Assembly (NCBI RefSeq): GCF_009914755.1
Contig: NC_060926.1
Length of the DNA stretch: 64,000 nt
Source of the DNA: the human T2T-CHM13v2.0 reference genome, Homo sapiens
Reading direction: 5' to 3' (one strand)
The position numbers and the translations under genes were made by a program. Positions 32,921 through 48,419 of this stretch are shown here, piece after piece (the stretch's first letter is position 1; every line of letters starts with the position of its first letter). The notes under the pieces are model-generated. The model had not been told where the DNA came from and searched no databases. It was given only the letters and a program-made list of their open reading frames with translations.

Positions 32921-34034
32921 TTTAGGTTGTTTGATGTGAAGTTTTCCTACCTTTTTTGATGTAGGTGCTTATTGCTATAAACTTTCCTCTTAGTGCTGCT
33001 TTTCTTGTATCCTGTATGGGTATGTTGTGTTTCCATTTTCATTTGTTTCAAGAGACTTTTAAATTTCCTTCTTGATTTCTTCATTGACCTGCCGGTCATT
33101 CTGGAGCATATTGTTTAATTTCCATGTATTTGTATAGTTTCCAGAGTTCTTTCTATTGATTTCTAGTTTTATTCCATTATGATCTAAGAAGATACTTGAT
33201 ATTATTTCAATTAAAAAAATTTTAAAACTTTGTTTTGTGGCCTAACATATGTTCTATTCTTTAGAATGATCCATGTGCTGAGAAGAATGTGTATTCTGTA
33301 GCCATTGGATGAAATGTAAATATCTGTTGTGTCCATTTGGTGTATAGTGCAGATTAATCTGATGTTTCTTTGTTGAATTTCTGTTTGGATGGTCTGTCCA
33401 ATGCTGAAAGTGGGTGTTGAGGTCTCTAGCTAATATTGTATTGAAATCTATCTCTCTCTTTAGCTCTGATAATATTTGCTTTATAAATCTGGGTGCTCCA
33501 GTGTTGGGTACATATATATTTACAGTTGTTATATCCTCTTGCTCCCTTTATCACTATATAATGACCTTTTTTGTCTTTTTTTATAATTTTTGTCTTGTCT
33601 TGAAATATATTTTTTCTGATGTAAGTGTAGCTATTCTTGCTCTTTTTTTGGTTTCCATTTGCATGTAATATCTTTTTTCAACCCTTTGTTTTCAGTCTGT
33701 GTGTATCTTTATAGGTAAAGTGAGTTTCTTGTAGCCAGCATATAGTTGGGTCTTTTTTCTTAATTCCTTTAGCCACTCTATGTCTTTTAATTAGAAAGTT
33801 CAGACCATTTACATTCTATGTTATTGATAGGTAAGGACTTACAAACTGTTGCCATTTTGTTATTTGTTTCTGGTTGTTTTGTCAGCCTCTCTTCCCTCCT
33901 TCCTTTGGTCTTTCTTTGTGTAAAAGTGATTTTCCCTGATAGTATGTTTTAATTTCTTGATTTTTATTTTTCATGTATCTCTGTAGGTTTTTTGATTTGA
34001 GGTTACTGTGCAGCTTGCAAATAACATCTTATAA

Positions 34035-34268
<234 letters not shown>

Positions 34269-35529
34269 TAATTCTGATCACAAAAAAACAACAAACAAGC
34301 AAAGAGAAAATAAAAACTATCCTTTATCCCCATTTTAAAACTTTTTGTTGTTTCTATTTATATATTTTTATACTATCTCTTGAAAGTCATCATAGTTATT
34401 ATTTTTGATAGGTTTGTCTTTTAGTCTTCCTATTCAATATATGAGTATGTAACCAATATATGTGTCTTATACATCACAATTACAGTGTTGGGGGTGTTGG
34501 GGTATTCTATATGTGTCTGTGTACCCTCTGTTATCAGTGAATTTTAGATGATTGCTTATTGCTTTTTAAAATTCTTTTCTTTCCGGTTGAAGAACTCCCT
34601 TTGACATTTCCTGTAGGACAGGTCTGATATTGACAAGCTCTTCCCTCACCTTTTATTTGTGTGGAAGAGTCTTAATCTCTCCTTCATATTTGAAGGGTAT
34701 TTTTGCTGGATACAATATTCTGAAATAAAAGTTTTATTCTTTCAGCACTTTGCATATGTCATACCACTCTCTCCTGACCTTTAAGGTTTCCACTAAGAAG
34801 TCAGCTGCCGGTTGTATTAGAACTCCTTTATATGTTGTTTGTTTCTTTTCTCTTGCTACTTTTAGGACCCTTTCTTTATCCTTGGACTTTGGGAATTTGA
34901 TGATTAAATGCCTTAAGGTCTTATTTGAGTTAAATCTGCTTGGTGTTCTATAACCTTCTTGTACTTGGATATTTTCTCTAGGTTTGAAAAATTCCATTTC
35001 TATTTCTTTGAATAAACTTTCTACCTTCACCTCGCTCTCTACCTCCTATTTTAAGGCCAATAATGCTTAGATTTGCCTATTGAGGCTATTTTCTAGATCT
35101 TGTAGGGTTACTTCATTCTTTTTTATTCTCTTTTTATTTTTTCTCTTCTGACTGTATTTTCATATAGCTTGTCTTCAAGCTCACTAATTCTTTCTTCTGC
35201 TTAATCAAGTCTGCTATTGAGAGACTGATGCATTTTTCAGTTTGTCAATTGAATTTTTCATCTCTAAAATTTCTGCTTGATCCTTTTAAATTATTCTAAT
35301 CTCCTTGTTAAATTTCTCTGATAGGGTTTTGAATTTCTTCTCTGTGTTCTCCTGAAGTTCACTGAGCTTCCTCCAAGCAGCTATTTTGAATTCTGTGTCT
35401 GAAAGGTCACATATCTTTGTCACTCTGGGATTGGTTACTGATTCTTTGTTTAGTTCATTTGCTGAACTAATATTTTCCTGGATGCTCTTGATGCTTGTGA
35501 ATGTTCATTGATATCTAGGCATTGATGAT

Positions 35530-35919
35530 TGTGTTAGTCTGTTCTCACACTGCTGTAAATAAATACCTGAGACTTGGTAATTTATTAAGAAAAGGGGTTT
35601 AATTGGCTCACAGTTCTGCAAGCTGTACAGGGACCATGTCTGGGAAGGCCTCAGGAAACTTACAATAATGGTGGAAGGGCAAAGGAGAAGCAAGCATGTC
35701 TTCACGGTGGCAGAAAGAGAGAGAGAGAGAGAGTGAAGGAGGATGTGCCACACACTTTTAAACCATCAGATCTCATGAGAACTCACTCACTATCATGAGA
35801 GCAGCAAGGGGGAAATCCACTCCCATGATCCAATCACCTCCCACCAGGTCCCTCCCCTAACAGTGGGAATCACAATCCAACATGAGATTTGGGTGGGGAC
35901 ACAGAGCCAAACCATATCA
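35530..35919 (-). mobile_element. MSTA-like MaLR solo LTR
   Basis: TGTGTTAGTC...CCATATCA; 5-bp TSD ATGAT/ATGAG. Confidence 0.88.
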
Positions 35920-37096
35920 ATGAGTTAGGTGTTTATTCTAATCTTTGCAGTCTGGGCTTGTTTGTACCTGTCCTTGTTAAGAAGGCTTTTCAGATTCAAA
36001 GGGAATTGAGTGCTGTGATCTAAGTCTTTGGTCACTGCAGTCTTATCTGTACTAGAAGGTATCCCAAGCCCTCTATCTGTACATGGAATGGGTGGATGGA
36101 TGGATAGTATGAGTCTCTTGAAGACTCATAGAGGTACCGCCTTCGTGGACTTGGGTGAGATCTGGAAGAATTCCCTGGATTACCAGGCAGAATCTCTCAT
36201 TATCTTCCCTCATTTTCCCTAAAAGGAGTCTCTTTCTCTGTGCTGGGCTGTCTAGAGTTGGAGAATGGGTGATGTAAGCACTACTATGGCCACCATAGGT
36301 AGGACTGCACTGGGTCACACCCAAATTCAGCACAGTACTGGGTCTCATCCAAGGCCCTTGGCAACTACTGCCTGGCTACTGCTGATGCTTATTCAAGACC
36401 CAAAGGCTCTTTCCTCAGCAGGTGGTGAATTTTGCCAAGACTAGGTCCTTCTCTTTAGGGCAGCATGTTTTCTTCTAGCCTAGGGTGAGTCTAGAAATGC
36501 CATCCAGAAGCTAGGGCCTAAATTCAGGGGCTTCAGGAATCTGCTAAGTGCCTTATTTTACTGTGGCTGTGCTAGTACCCAAGTTGCAGGACAAAGTCCT
36601 CTTTACCCTTCCCTCTCTTTTTTGCAAGTGGATGGACTCTCTCCCAGAGCTGCACTGCCTGGAATTTGGGGAGGGGTGATGCAAGCACTCCCTTGGCCAG
36701 TACAACTGGTGTCTCACTGGGTCACATGTACCCCAAGTTCACAGGCTCTGAGCCCATTGCAGTACCAGGACTTGCCCAGGGACTGCAGTCCTTGTGGCTA
36801 AGACTGCCTTTCAAATATATTTAGGACCCCAGTCCACTTAAGTCAGCAGGCAGCAAAGCTGGCCAGAACTCAGTTTCCTATTGCTAGGGCAGACAATTCC
36901 TCTCTGGCCAAAACTGATCTAAATGCTCCCTCCATGGGCATTAGCCGAATTCATCTCTGTGTTGCTTTTGGCTGTGACAGGGCAGCAGGGAGTTCCAGTG
37001 CAGAATCCCATGATCACTTCATTCTCCCTCCCCTGAGCACACAAATTCTCTTTTGGCACATGACACTGCCAGGGGATGGGGAAGGGATGGTTAGGC

Positions 37097-37936
37097 CAGT
37101 GGTCCCCCGCCTTTTTGGCACCAGGAACCAGTTTCATGGAACACAATTTTTCCACGGACCAATATGGAGGGGATGGGGATGGTTTCATGGTGATTCAAGT
37201 GTATTATATTTATTGCGTAGTTTATTTATATTATTATTACATTGTAATATATAATGAAATAATTATACAATTCACCATAATGTAGAATCAGAGGGAGCCC
37301 TGGGCTTGTCCTCCTGCAACTAGACAGTCCTATCTGAGGGTGATGGGAGACAGTGATAGATAATCAGGCATTAGATTCTCATAAGGAGCATACAATGTAG
37401 ATACCTTGCATGCACGGCTCACAATAGGGTTCACATTCCTATGAAAACCAAATGCCGCTGCTGATCTGACAGGATGCACAGCTCACGTGGTAATGCTCAC
37501 TAGTCCACCGCTATGTGGCCCAGTTCCTAACAGGTCATGGCCCAGTACTATCTTTTTTTTTTTTTTTTTTTTTTTTTTTGTGGAGTTGTGGGGGGTAATT
37601 ATTTTATTTTACTTTTTAAATTTAAATTGTTTAATATTAAATGAACATGGCCACATTATAAACATTGAAAACTAAAGGAAACAAAGGTACTAAATGCTAA
37701 CATAACTATTTCTACTTTAATATATCTCTTTTTACATAATGTATATTCAAATATATACTGTATATGCAGTGTTATAACTCAACAATGTATTATAAGCATT
37801 TATGTGTTATCACAAAGCCCTCATAACCACTGTTTCAATAGCTGCATCATATTCTGTTGGTTAAATATAGCAAAAGTTATTTAAATAGTCTCCTATGGAA
37901 TATATAGGTATGTGGTCTAAGGGTTGGGGACCCCTG
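37097..37936. mobile_element. MER1A hAT MITE carrying a ~350-bp internal insert
   Basis: Termini CAGTGGTCCCC...GGGGACCCCTG; 8-bp TSD GGTTAGGC/GTTTGGGC. Confidence 0.85.
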
Positions 37937-38153
37937 GTTTGGGCAATGCAAGACTGTCTTTCCTGCCCTCTTCAGTACCTTTTTCCTTGATATGATATTA
38001 AACCCAGTACTGTGATTGCTCACCTGATTTTGAGTTCTTATGAAGGGACTTTCTTGAATAGATAGTTGTTGAATTTGGTGTTCCTCCAGAGGGATGATCA
38101 CTGGAGTGTTTTATGCAGCCATCTTGCCCTGCCTCCTCCCAGCTTCAAAAAAT

Positions 38154-38451
38154 CCCTACCTCTTCTCAACTTCTCCCTTGGTCACCATCAATTCTAGGCT
38201 TCTTTCTGTTACCTGAGCCCTATTTGCACCTAGATCCTACAGTCTTAATGGACCACCTCCCAACCCCCACCCCCACCAGAGCACACTCAGATAATGAATC
38301 TGGTTTCTCAACTAGACCCCCACCTCGTCTCTAGACTGATCCTCCTCACCAGATCCCACCCTCACCCAGGAAATCAACCTTTCACCCAACTTGATTCCCC
38401 CGTGAATTCTACTGAATCATTTGCCTGGCAACCCACCCCCACCAATCCTCT
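38154..38451 (+). pseudogene. SPATA31/FAM75-like relic, fragment 2
   Basis: SPSILGFFLLPEPYLHLDPTVLMDHLP and (frameshifted) DPTLTQEINLSPNL..VNSTESFAW, which parallel recalled SPATA31D-type exon-4 motifs. Confidence 0.7.
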
Positions 38452-38804
38452 TGCTATGGTTTGGCTGTGTCCTCACCCAAATCTCATCTTGAATTCCCAC
38501 ATGTTGTGCGAGGGGCCCAGTGGGAGGTAATTGAATCACCAGGGCAGGTCTTTCCCATGCTGTTCTCATGATAGTGAATAAGTCTCATGAGATCTGATGG
38601 TATTATAAGGGGGAGTTCCCTGCACAAGCGCTCTGTTTGCCTGCCACCATCCACATAAAATGTGACTTGATCCTCCTTGCCTTCTACCATGATTGTGAGG
38701 CCTCCCCAGCCATGTGGAACTGTAAGTTCATTAAACCTCTTTCTTTTGTAAATTGCCCAGTCTCAGGTATGTCTTTATCAGCAGCGTGAAAACGGACTAA
38801 TATA
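38452..38804 (+). mobile_element. THE1-type solo LTR
   Basis: TGCTATGGTTTGG...GGACTAATATA; 5-bp TSD CCTCT/CCTGT. Confidence 0.92.
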
Positions 38805-39235
38805 CCTGTCTACTGCATGACTATCAGACACCTGCATAACTCTGACTCAATCTGACTTAATTCCTGTCCAACTCTATATTGTCCTAGAGAACTCATGTCC
38901 ACATAACACCTGTTGGTTGGCCTCTTCTGTCCCCACAATCTCAGGCTTCAACCACTCAATTCTGCCCAGTTCATTCTTCTTCTGGTAACAGGCATCTGCC
39001 CAGGACTTGTTCCTCCCCACCTGATCACACTGATTTCTAGCAAGAGCTTCTTTTCTTCCATCCATAAGAGGCTTCTCTCTGAGGAAATCCTGAAATAGTT
39101 GTGTGGAGACCAGTAGCTTCTTTCTCCCCAGCCATGAAAGCCAGGAGCTCCTGGAGACACAAGTCACAAAGACAGAGTAGTTCACAACGTCCACTAATAG
39201 TAATAGCAACTGACTATCAGAATATGTCAAAGCTC
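38805..39235 (+). pseudogene. SPATA31/FAM75-like relic, fragment 3
   Basis: TLTQSDLIPVQLYIVLENSCPHNTCWLASSVPTISGFNHSILPSSFFFW*QASAQDLFLPT*SH/DF*QELLFFHP*EASL*GNP/VETSSFFLPSHESQELLETQVTK; multiple stops and frameshifts. Confidence 0.78.
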
Positions 39236-39289
39236 AATGGACTTTTTTGACTCACCCATTACAAATGATGTGATCATTTACATAAGTAG

Positions 39290-39945
39290 TTTTTTCTGAG
39301 AGAGGGTCTCACTCTGTCACCCAGGCTGGAGTGCAGTGGTATGGTCACAGCTCGCTGCAGCCTTGACCTCCCCAGGCTCAGGTAATCCTCCTGCCTCAGC
39401 CTTCCAAGTAGCTGGGACTACAAGTGCATGCCACCACACCTGGCTAATTTTTTAAATATTTTGTAGAGACGGGGTGTATTAGTACATTTTCATGCTGCTG
39501 ATAAAGACATACTGAGACTGGGTAACTTATAAAGAAAAAGAGGTTTAATGGACTCACAGTTCCATGTGATTGGGGAGGCCTCACAATCATGGTAGAAGGT
39601 GAAAGGCACGTCTTACATGGCAGCAAGCAAGAGAGAAAGATGAGAGCCAAGTGAAAAGGGAAACCCCTTATAAAACCATCAGATCTTGTGACACTTATTC
39701 ACTACCAATAGAACAGTATGGAAGAATCCACCCCCATCATTCAATTATCTCCCACCAGCTCCCTCCAACAACATGTGGGAATTATGGGAGCTACAATTCA
39801 AGATGAGATTTGGGTGGGGACACAGCCAAACCATATCGTGGGGTTTCACCATGTTGCCCAGGCTGGTCTCCTGATCTCAAGCTATCTGCCCATCTTGGCC
39901 TTCCAAAGTGCTGGGATTACAGGCATGAGCCACTTGCAGCCAGCC
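39290..39945 (-). mobile_element. AluJ-like split by a THE1 LTR (39475-39838, antisense)
   Basis: Alu breaks at 'agagacgggg' and resumes 'tggggtttcacc'; LTR TSD CGGGG/TGGGG. Confidence 0.9.
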
Positions 39946-39967
39946 CACGAAAACATTTTTTAAGTTA

Positions 39968-40270
39968 GAAGAGAAACTCTTGCACCCCGATAAAAGCGGG
40001 AGCATTTGAGGAAATATGGTTGGGACTTCTGGGGCTCTCCATCCTCATAGCTGGGGACTGAATCCCAGGCTTGGATAAAAGACTCCTTCCCAAAGAGATG
40101 ACTCTGGCAGCAGCAATGTTTTCTCCTCCCCTCTGCTGTCCAGCTCAGCCTGGGGCCTGAGGTTGAGCTTGTGAGACTAGCCTTTACCCACTGGCAAGGA
40201 GAAATACAGCCCTGTTGGGTAGGGGTCCCCCAGCTCCATCCAGCTCAGCCCACTCTCCACAGGCTTCAAA
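39968..40270 (+). pseudogene. Possible SPATA31-like relic, fragment 4
   Basis: EHLRKYGWDFWGSPS resembles the family motif DHLQQKYSQLFWGLPS; 'cctctgctgtccagctcagcc' resembles SPLLSQAQP coding. Confidence 0.4.
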
Positions 40271-40419
40271 GCAGGTAAACTTCTATCCTGGAGCAGGTGA
40301 AATGGAAAGAAAACAGGAGCAAGAGATTATTATTATATATTACATTGCAGGACACCTTTTCTGAACTTAGGATTTCAGGCTGTCTGCTCACCACCTGTTC
40401 TGGCTAATGTGCTGTTTAA

Positions 40420-40603
40420 ATAAATGGATGAATGGATGGATGAACAGATAGATGGATGGGTGGATGCAGAGATGGATGGGTGGATGGATAGATGGATGGA
40501 TGGATAGATGAGTGGGTGGGTAGGTAGATAAATGGGTGGGTGGATGGGTGGATGGATGGATGGATGGATGGATGGATGGATGGATGGATGGATGGATGGA
40601 TGG
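40420..40603. repeat. (TGGA)n tetranucleotide microsatellite
   Basis: Direct inspection; long pure run ~40550-40603. Confidence 0.97.
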
Positions 40604-41082
40604 TGTGATATACTTTTTAAGTGCTGTCCGGAGCCAGCTTTGAGGCCAGGACTAGGGGCCAGTAAGTTCTTTTCTTGAGCAGGTGATTAAGTCCACACTC
40701 CCAACAACCGCCCTTGTTGGGGTCTCATACTTGGGGCCATTATCCACCTGTGCTAATCAGTCCATGGCCAGGTACCACACAACCAGGGATAGTCCTATAC
40801 CCAGAGCCCACTGAACTTATTCAAATGAGCCAATCTTAAGCCTGCTTACCCTGCTTCTCCCACTCCTTTCTGCAGAAACCACAACAAAGGTGCTTGCCCA
40901 TGGCTCCTCGCTTCCCTCTGCCTCATGACTGATGCCAATTATTCCCCTTGTGGCCCCCTGTGGTGTGACATGTACTCCCTCTCCGGGGATCCGTGAGTAT
41001 AGAAAATTATCTTTTCATTGGCAGTCATCTCCTAATCTGTTGGCCTTACCCTACCTAAATAATAATAAAAGCTACTCAAACA
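40604..41082 (+). mobile_element. MER74-like ERVL solo LTR
   Basis: TG...CA; 'ggccaggtaccacacaaccagggatag...gccaatcttaagcctgcttaccctgc'. Confidence 0.75.
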
Positions 41083-41106
41083 AATGGATAGCTTGATGGA
41101 TGGATG

Positions 41107-41151
<45 letters not shown>

Positions 41152-41178
41152 CAGATGGATGGATGGATAGATAGATAC

Positions 41179-41234
<56 letters not shown>
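41083..41234. repeat. (GATA)n/(TGGA)n compound microsatellite
   Basis: Direct inspection. Confidence 0.97.
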
Positions 41235-41235
<1 letters not shown>

Positions 41236-41675
41236 AACATGAGAGAATAAACACTTAAGTAAGGAAACAAGCAGCTATAGTGACTGCTCCTGTAACACAG
41301 TATGGCCCTAACAGCAGCCACAGGGCACACCCCTCTTCCCAATGCACCTATATCCTTATCACCCCAGCACTTCACCCTCATGCTGGGGCTCTGGCCCAGA
41401 CTCACTGGGATGTGGGAACAAAATGGTAGGTTCTTACAAAAGGAACTTTTTCCTCCTGAAATGAATGCCTCCCTAGGCTCAGTCAGAGCAGGACTTGCAG
41501 GAAGGGAGGTAAAGAGCAGCTGGGGCTTCTCACCTGACTCAGGGCCCTGCAGGAAGAGAGGAGCACAACACACCTCTCAGCTTTTGTTTTGTCCACTTCG
41601 GAAATTTCTAGCTGGTGTGTTTAACCTAATCAATCAGAATCTTGGTGCCTTGATAAATATGTTTCTCACGGTTCA

Positions 41676-42017
<342 letters not shown>

Positions 42018-42549
42018 TCAGACAAGAGGGTCAATAATTTCTCAGGGAGAATTCAACCCTTCTAAAAGAGTAGACCCTAAATTCCAGGTTCCTGTTGGGA
42101 TGTTAAAGTATTTATTTTACACTGTACCTCATTAAGTTCTCCCTCTTTAGTCTGCAGTCATGCTCACTGAACTTTTTTTTTTTTGAAAGTTAAATTCTGT
42201 TTGTCTTGCTCAGTCAGTCTCCTGCTTTGAAGAGTTCTTACTTTTGGTTACAGTTGTCCCCAAACTGTCAGTTTGTCACTTATACTCACATCTCATTTAT
42301 TGCTTTCTCACACCCTCTGGTTCAGAAATTTGGGGGGCCACTGGCAGGGGGTGTTGCTTTTATTAAGTCATTTTCTATATTTACAATGTTAATTTGGTAA
42401 AATCTGTCTGAATGTAGAGCCTTGACTTAGCACAATTGCAAGAAACTGCCTTCTCAAGATGAGAGTATAGAATAGAACTTGGAAAGGGCCCTTGCCCAAA
42501 ACATCTCCCTATCACTCTGCCAAGGGGTGACATTCCACAATCAGAAGTA

Positions 42550-42830
42550 TAGTTATTTAAATAAGTTTTTTGAGATCTATTGTACAGCATGGTGGCAATA
42601 GCTAATAATAATGTAATATATATTTCAAAATTGCTAAGAGAGCAGATTTTAAATGTTCATAGTATGAAAGAGTGATAAGTATATAAGGTGATGGATATGT
42701 TAATTAGCCTGATTTAATCATTCCATAATATACATATGTCATCATTCCATAATATACAATATACATATGTCACATTGTACCACATAAGTAGATACATTTA
42801 CTATTTGTCAATTAAAAATAAAATAAGTTA
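42550..42830 (+). mobile_element. L1MA 3'-end fragment
   Basis: 'gagatctattgtacagcatggtg...ttgctaagagagcagattttaaatgttc'. Confidence 0.8.
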
Positions 42831-43816
42831 AGGCTTTGAGTCTTTAAAATCCCCTAGGAAGGGGCAACTCTTCAGAAAAGAGCGAGGTCTGAGCCACTAA
42901 CTATCCGAGATGCTCAGGCCAACATTTCAGTCTGATGGGGTTGGGGAAGGAAGTGGGAGTGTGGGGTCCTTGCAAAGCAGCAGCCTAGAGGAGCACAGAG
43001 GAGATCCACCAGGGAGGAAGCCCCATTTGGGTGTATGAGGGCTAGAGGTGCAGGGCAGATGGGACCTAGAAGGGCACATTCTGCTGACTTAAGGCAGAGT
43101 ATGAGTTAGGATCATTTTCGTGCTATAAGATAAGCAGTCCCTGAATCTCTTCTCATGGTTTATAGCCAGAATTCACTGGCTAACTGAGCCAGCCTTCACC
43201 ACTCTGCTGTCACAGCCCGAATCCATTTCCTGTACCTCCCCAATCATTTCAGAGAATTGCAGTCAGCCACAAGATAATAGCTGCACACAGCAATGGCATT
43301 TATACCTACAATAAACTATAAGATAAGACTTCCTTTACAAGTCCATACTAGGCTTGTTCCTGACTTGATTTTAGGGAGAAACTATTGAGTAGTTCAACAT
43401 AAGTAAGACGTTAGCTGACATTTTTGTTGGTGTCCTTTATCAGATAGAGAGGTTTTTTTCTCTTTCTGGATTGCTAAGAAGTTTTCTTTTTTTTTTTTTT
43501 TTTAAATCATGGATGCATATTAGATATCGCCAAATGCTTTTTCTGTATTCTGAATTTTAAGTCAACCTTAAATTACTGGAGTAAACTCCACTCGGTATTG
43601 AATAATTATCTTTCTTATATATTGCTAGATTTAGCTTGCTAAGATTTTGTTAAGAATTCTGATGGATATTGGTCTTTGACTTTCTTTTCTGTTTTTCTTT
43701 TCTTGCAATTTAGCCGCATCCCACTAATTTGGGTATATTATGTTTTCATTATTATACAATTTGTATAATAATTGTATAATAAATAATTTCATTTTTATAC
43801 AATTTGAAATATTTTT

Positions 43817-44176
<360 letters not shown>

Positions 44177-44254
44177 TCATGGGTTGTTTCAAAGTATGTT
44201 GTTTTGTTTTCAGATATTTAGGGATTTTATAGATATTTTAACATTTTTACTCTC

Positions 44255-44550
44255 TTTTTTTTTTTTTTTCGGGCAGTGTCTCACTCTGTTGCCCAGGCTG
44301 GAGTGCAGTGGCATAATCCTAGCTCGCTGCAACCTGAAATTCCTGGGCTCAAGCAATCCTCCTGCTTTAGCCTCCCAAGAATCTAAAACTACAGGCCTAC
44401 CACCAGGCCGGCTACTGAAAAAAAATTTTTTGTAGAGATGGGGTCTCATTATGTTGCTCAAGCTGGTCTTAAATTCCCAGCCTCAAGCAATCCTCCCGCC
44501 TCAGCCTCCCAAAGTGCTGAGATTACAGATATGAGCCAATGAGCCTGGCC
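44255..44550 (-). mobile_element. AluJ, antisense
   Basis: Full dimer; forms an inverted pair with 43817-44140. Confidence 0.88.
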
Positions 44551-44772
44551 ATTTGCTCTTAAATTTAATACTCTTGTGGTTACAGAACATCTCTGGTAAG
44601 ATTTTAATCTTTGAAATTTATTGAGACTTGTTTGATGGCACAGATTTGGTCTATCTGAGGGAACTTTCCATGTATTCATGCACAGAATGCCTATTTTTTT
44701 GTTATTTACTTGAATGGCTATAAATGTCAATTAGGTCAACATGCTTGACAGTATCTTACAGGTCTTCTAGAT

Positions 44773-45417
<645 letters not shown>

Positions 45418-45559
45418 TTCTAGATCCTCACCAATTTTTTTCCTTTTATTTTATTCCATCAAGTGCTTAAAGAGGGATGTTAAAATCTTCAACTATGATT
45501 GTGGATTTGCCTATTTATCCCTTTATTTTTGTCAGTTTTGCCTCATTTATTTGGTACAT

Positions 45560-46292
45560 ATGCGATCAAGTAGGCTTCATCCCTGGAATGCAACGTCAGT
45601 TCAACAGACACAAATCAATAAATGGGATTCATCATGTAACAGAACTAAAGACAAAAACCACATGATTATCTCAATAGATGCAGAAAATGCTTTCAATAAA
45701 ATTACACATCCATTCATGATAAAACAAAACTCTCAATAAACTAGGTATTGGGGAACATACCTCAAAATAATAAGAGCCATCAATGGCAAACCCACAGCCA
45801 ACATCATACTGACTGGGCAAAAGCCAGAAGCATTCCCCTTGAAAACTGACACAAGACAAGGATACCCTCTCTCACTACTCCTATTCAACATGGTATTGGA
45901 AGTTCTGGCCAGGGTAATTAGGCAAGAGAAAGAAATAAAGAGCATCTAAATAAAAAGAGAGGAAGTCAAACTATCCCTGTTTGTAGATGACATGATCCTA
46001 TTTTACAAAGCCCCGTAATCTCAGCCCAAAAGCTTCTTAAGCCGATTAACAACTTCACCAAAGTCTCAGGATACAAAATCAATGTGCAAAAATCACTGCT
46101 TGATCGTGGTGAATAGGCTTTTTGATGTGCTGCTGGATTTGGTTTGCCAGAATTTTGCTGAGGATTTTTGCATCAATGTTCTTCAAGGATATTGGCCTGA
46201 AGTTTTCTTATTTTGTTGTATCTCTGCCAGGTTTTGTATCAAAATGATGTTAGCCTCATAGAATTAGTTAGGGAGGAGTCCCTCCTCCTCAG
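45560..46292. mobile_element. Internal L1P ORF2 fragment with inversion (sense 45560-46097, antisense 46098-46292), no 3' UTR or poly(A)
   Basis: DQVGFIPG...RT-coding sense segment, then the reverse complement of the immediately upstream ORF2 segment. Confidence 0.85.
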
Positions 46293-46722
46293 TTACATTC
46301 ACATATGGCACAGGAGAACCAAGATATGCTCTAGTGGATCTTCTGAGCCCCAGGCATAGTTATCCATGCCTCCATTAGTAAAAAGAACTCTTGTCTTCTT
46401 GAATCTTCTCTAAAGGGTTACTAGAATAAGACCTCGTCTTTGCCTGCTATTCCAACAGCACAAGAGCCCCCAAATAATCAGATGGCAGCCATAGTTTAGG
46501 TTCAGTGAGTTACTGGGTCCCTTGGTAGATATGTTCTCTACTATCATCCTCCATGCCTCTGCCCCTAGAAGCCAGATCCTTCAGACCAACCCAACTTAGT
46601 GTTACAGAGACTGGAAACACAAATATCTCTAGTGGCTCACTGGGAGTGATGCTGAGAGATGTCCCAACTATTTCCAATACTTCATTTCTAGAACCATATA
46701 TACTCTACCTATTGAGGACCTA

Positions 46723-47150
<428 letters not shown>

Positions 47151-48118
47151 TTATTGGAATTTGTTGGCTTGAGGTCCCTGGAAGCATTTTGGGTCTCTGG
47201 CCAGAAACCAACCAATTCAGCAATTGTGGTATGTCTGGTGCCCCAGTGTCAGGAGAACAGAGAGAGTAAAAGAACAATGGGGTTTGGTTCCATTCTCTTA
47301 GAGCTGCAGCTGCACAAAATTAAAAGGGAATTCCCCTACTCCAGTGGTTTGGCTTTTGCTGCTGCCATCACCCCTGCCAAAGGGTTTTTTATGGACCAGA
47401 GCATGAGAGAATGGAGAAAAAGTAGAACAAAAATATGTGGGATTTTTATCTGTGGCATTTTTCTATTTGGCCCCTTAATTCAGAACTAGAAAGTTTTCCT
47501 CAATGTTTTTCTGTCTCTACTCAGTTCTCACTTCTGGGTTTGAGATGCTTAGAGTTCATGCAGGGGAATACTAGAGGGAAAAATAAGGGTAAATTCATCG
47601 CCAGTTTGGTGGTATTCTCATATCAAATTCTGATGTTTTTCCCTGATAATCCTGCTGATATTTATTTGTTGGAGTTTTTAAACAGCTGCCCATGCATTTG
47701 TCCAGATTTTATAGTTGTATTTAGTGTAAGAGAAAAGTAGTCATGTGTTTGCTCCATGTTATCCAGAACTAGAACCCTTCCCTTAATATCATAACTTCAA
47801 AATATAGAAAGCAAAGCTTACCAGAACTAAAAGGGAGAATGGAAACTTTTAAAATTATAGTTGGAAACCTTAATACCCTCCTCTCAACAAGTGTTAGACA
47901 AACATTTAGTAAAAATAAAAGATGGAGATGATATAATTAGTTGACCATCCTATTTTTACTTACACAGGGCACTACATCCAGCAACCACAGAATGCACATT
48001 CATTTCAAGTGCACACACAAGATAAAAAGCAAATTCCAGGCTGAGAAAAGATAGTTACGAAGTATGTATCAGATAAGGAATTCATATCCAGAATATATAA
48101 AGTAATCCTAAAAAGCAA

Positions 48119-48419
<301 letters not shown>

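Noticed and set aside
38874-39230. 118-aa minus-strand ORF
   Set aside because: Antisense shadow of the SPATA31-like relic; the homology signal is on the plus strand.
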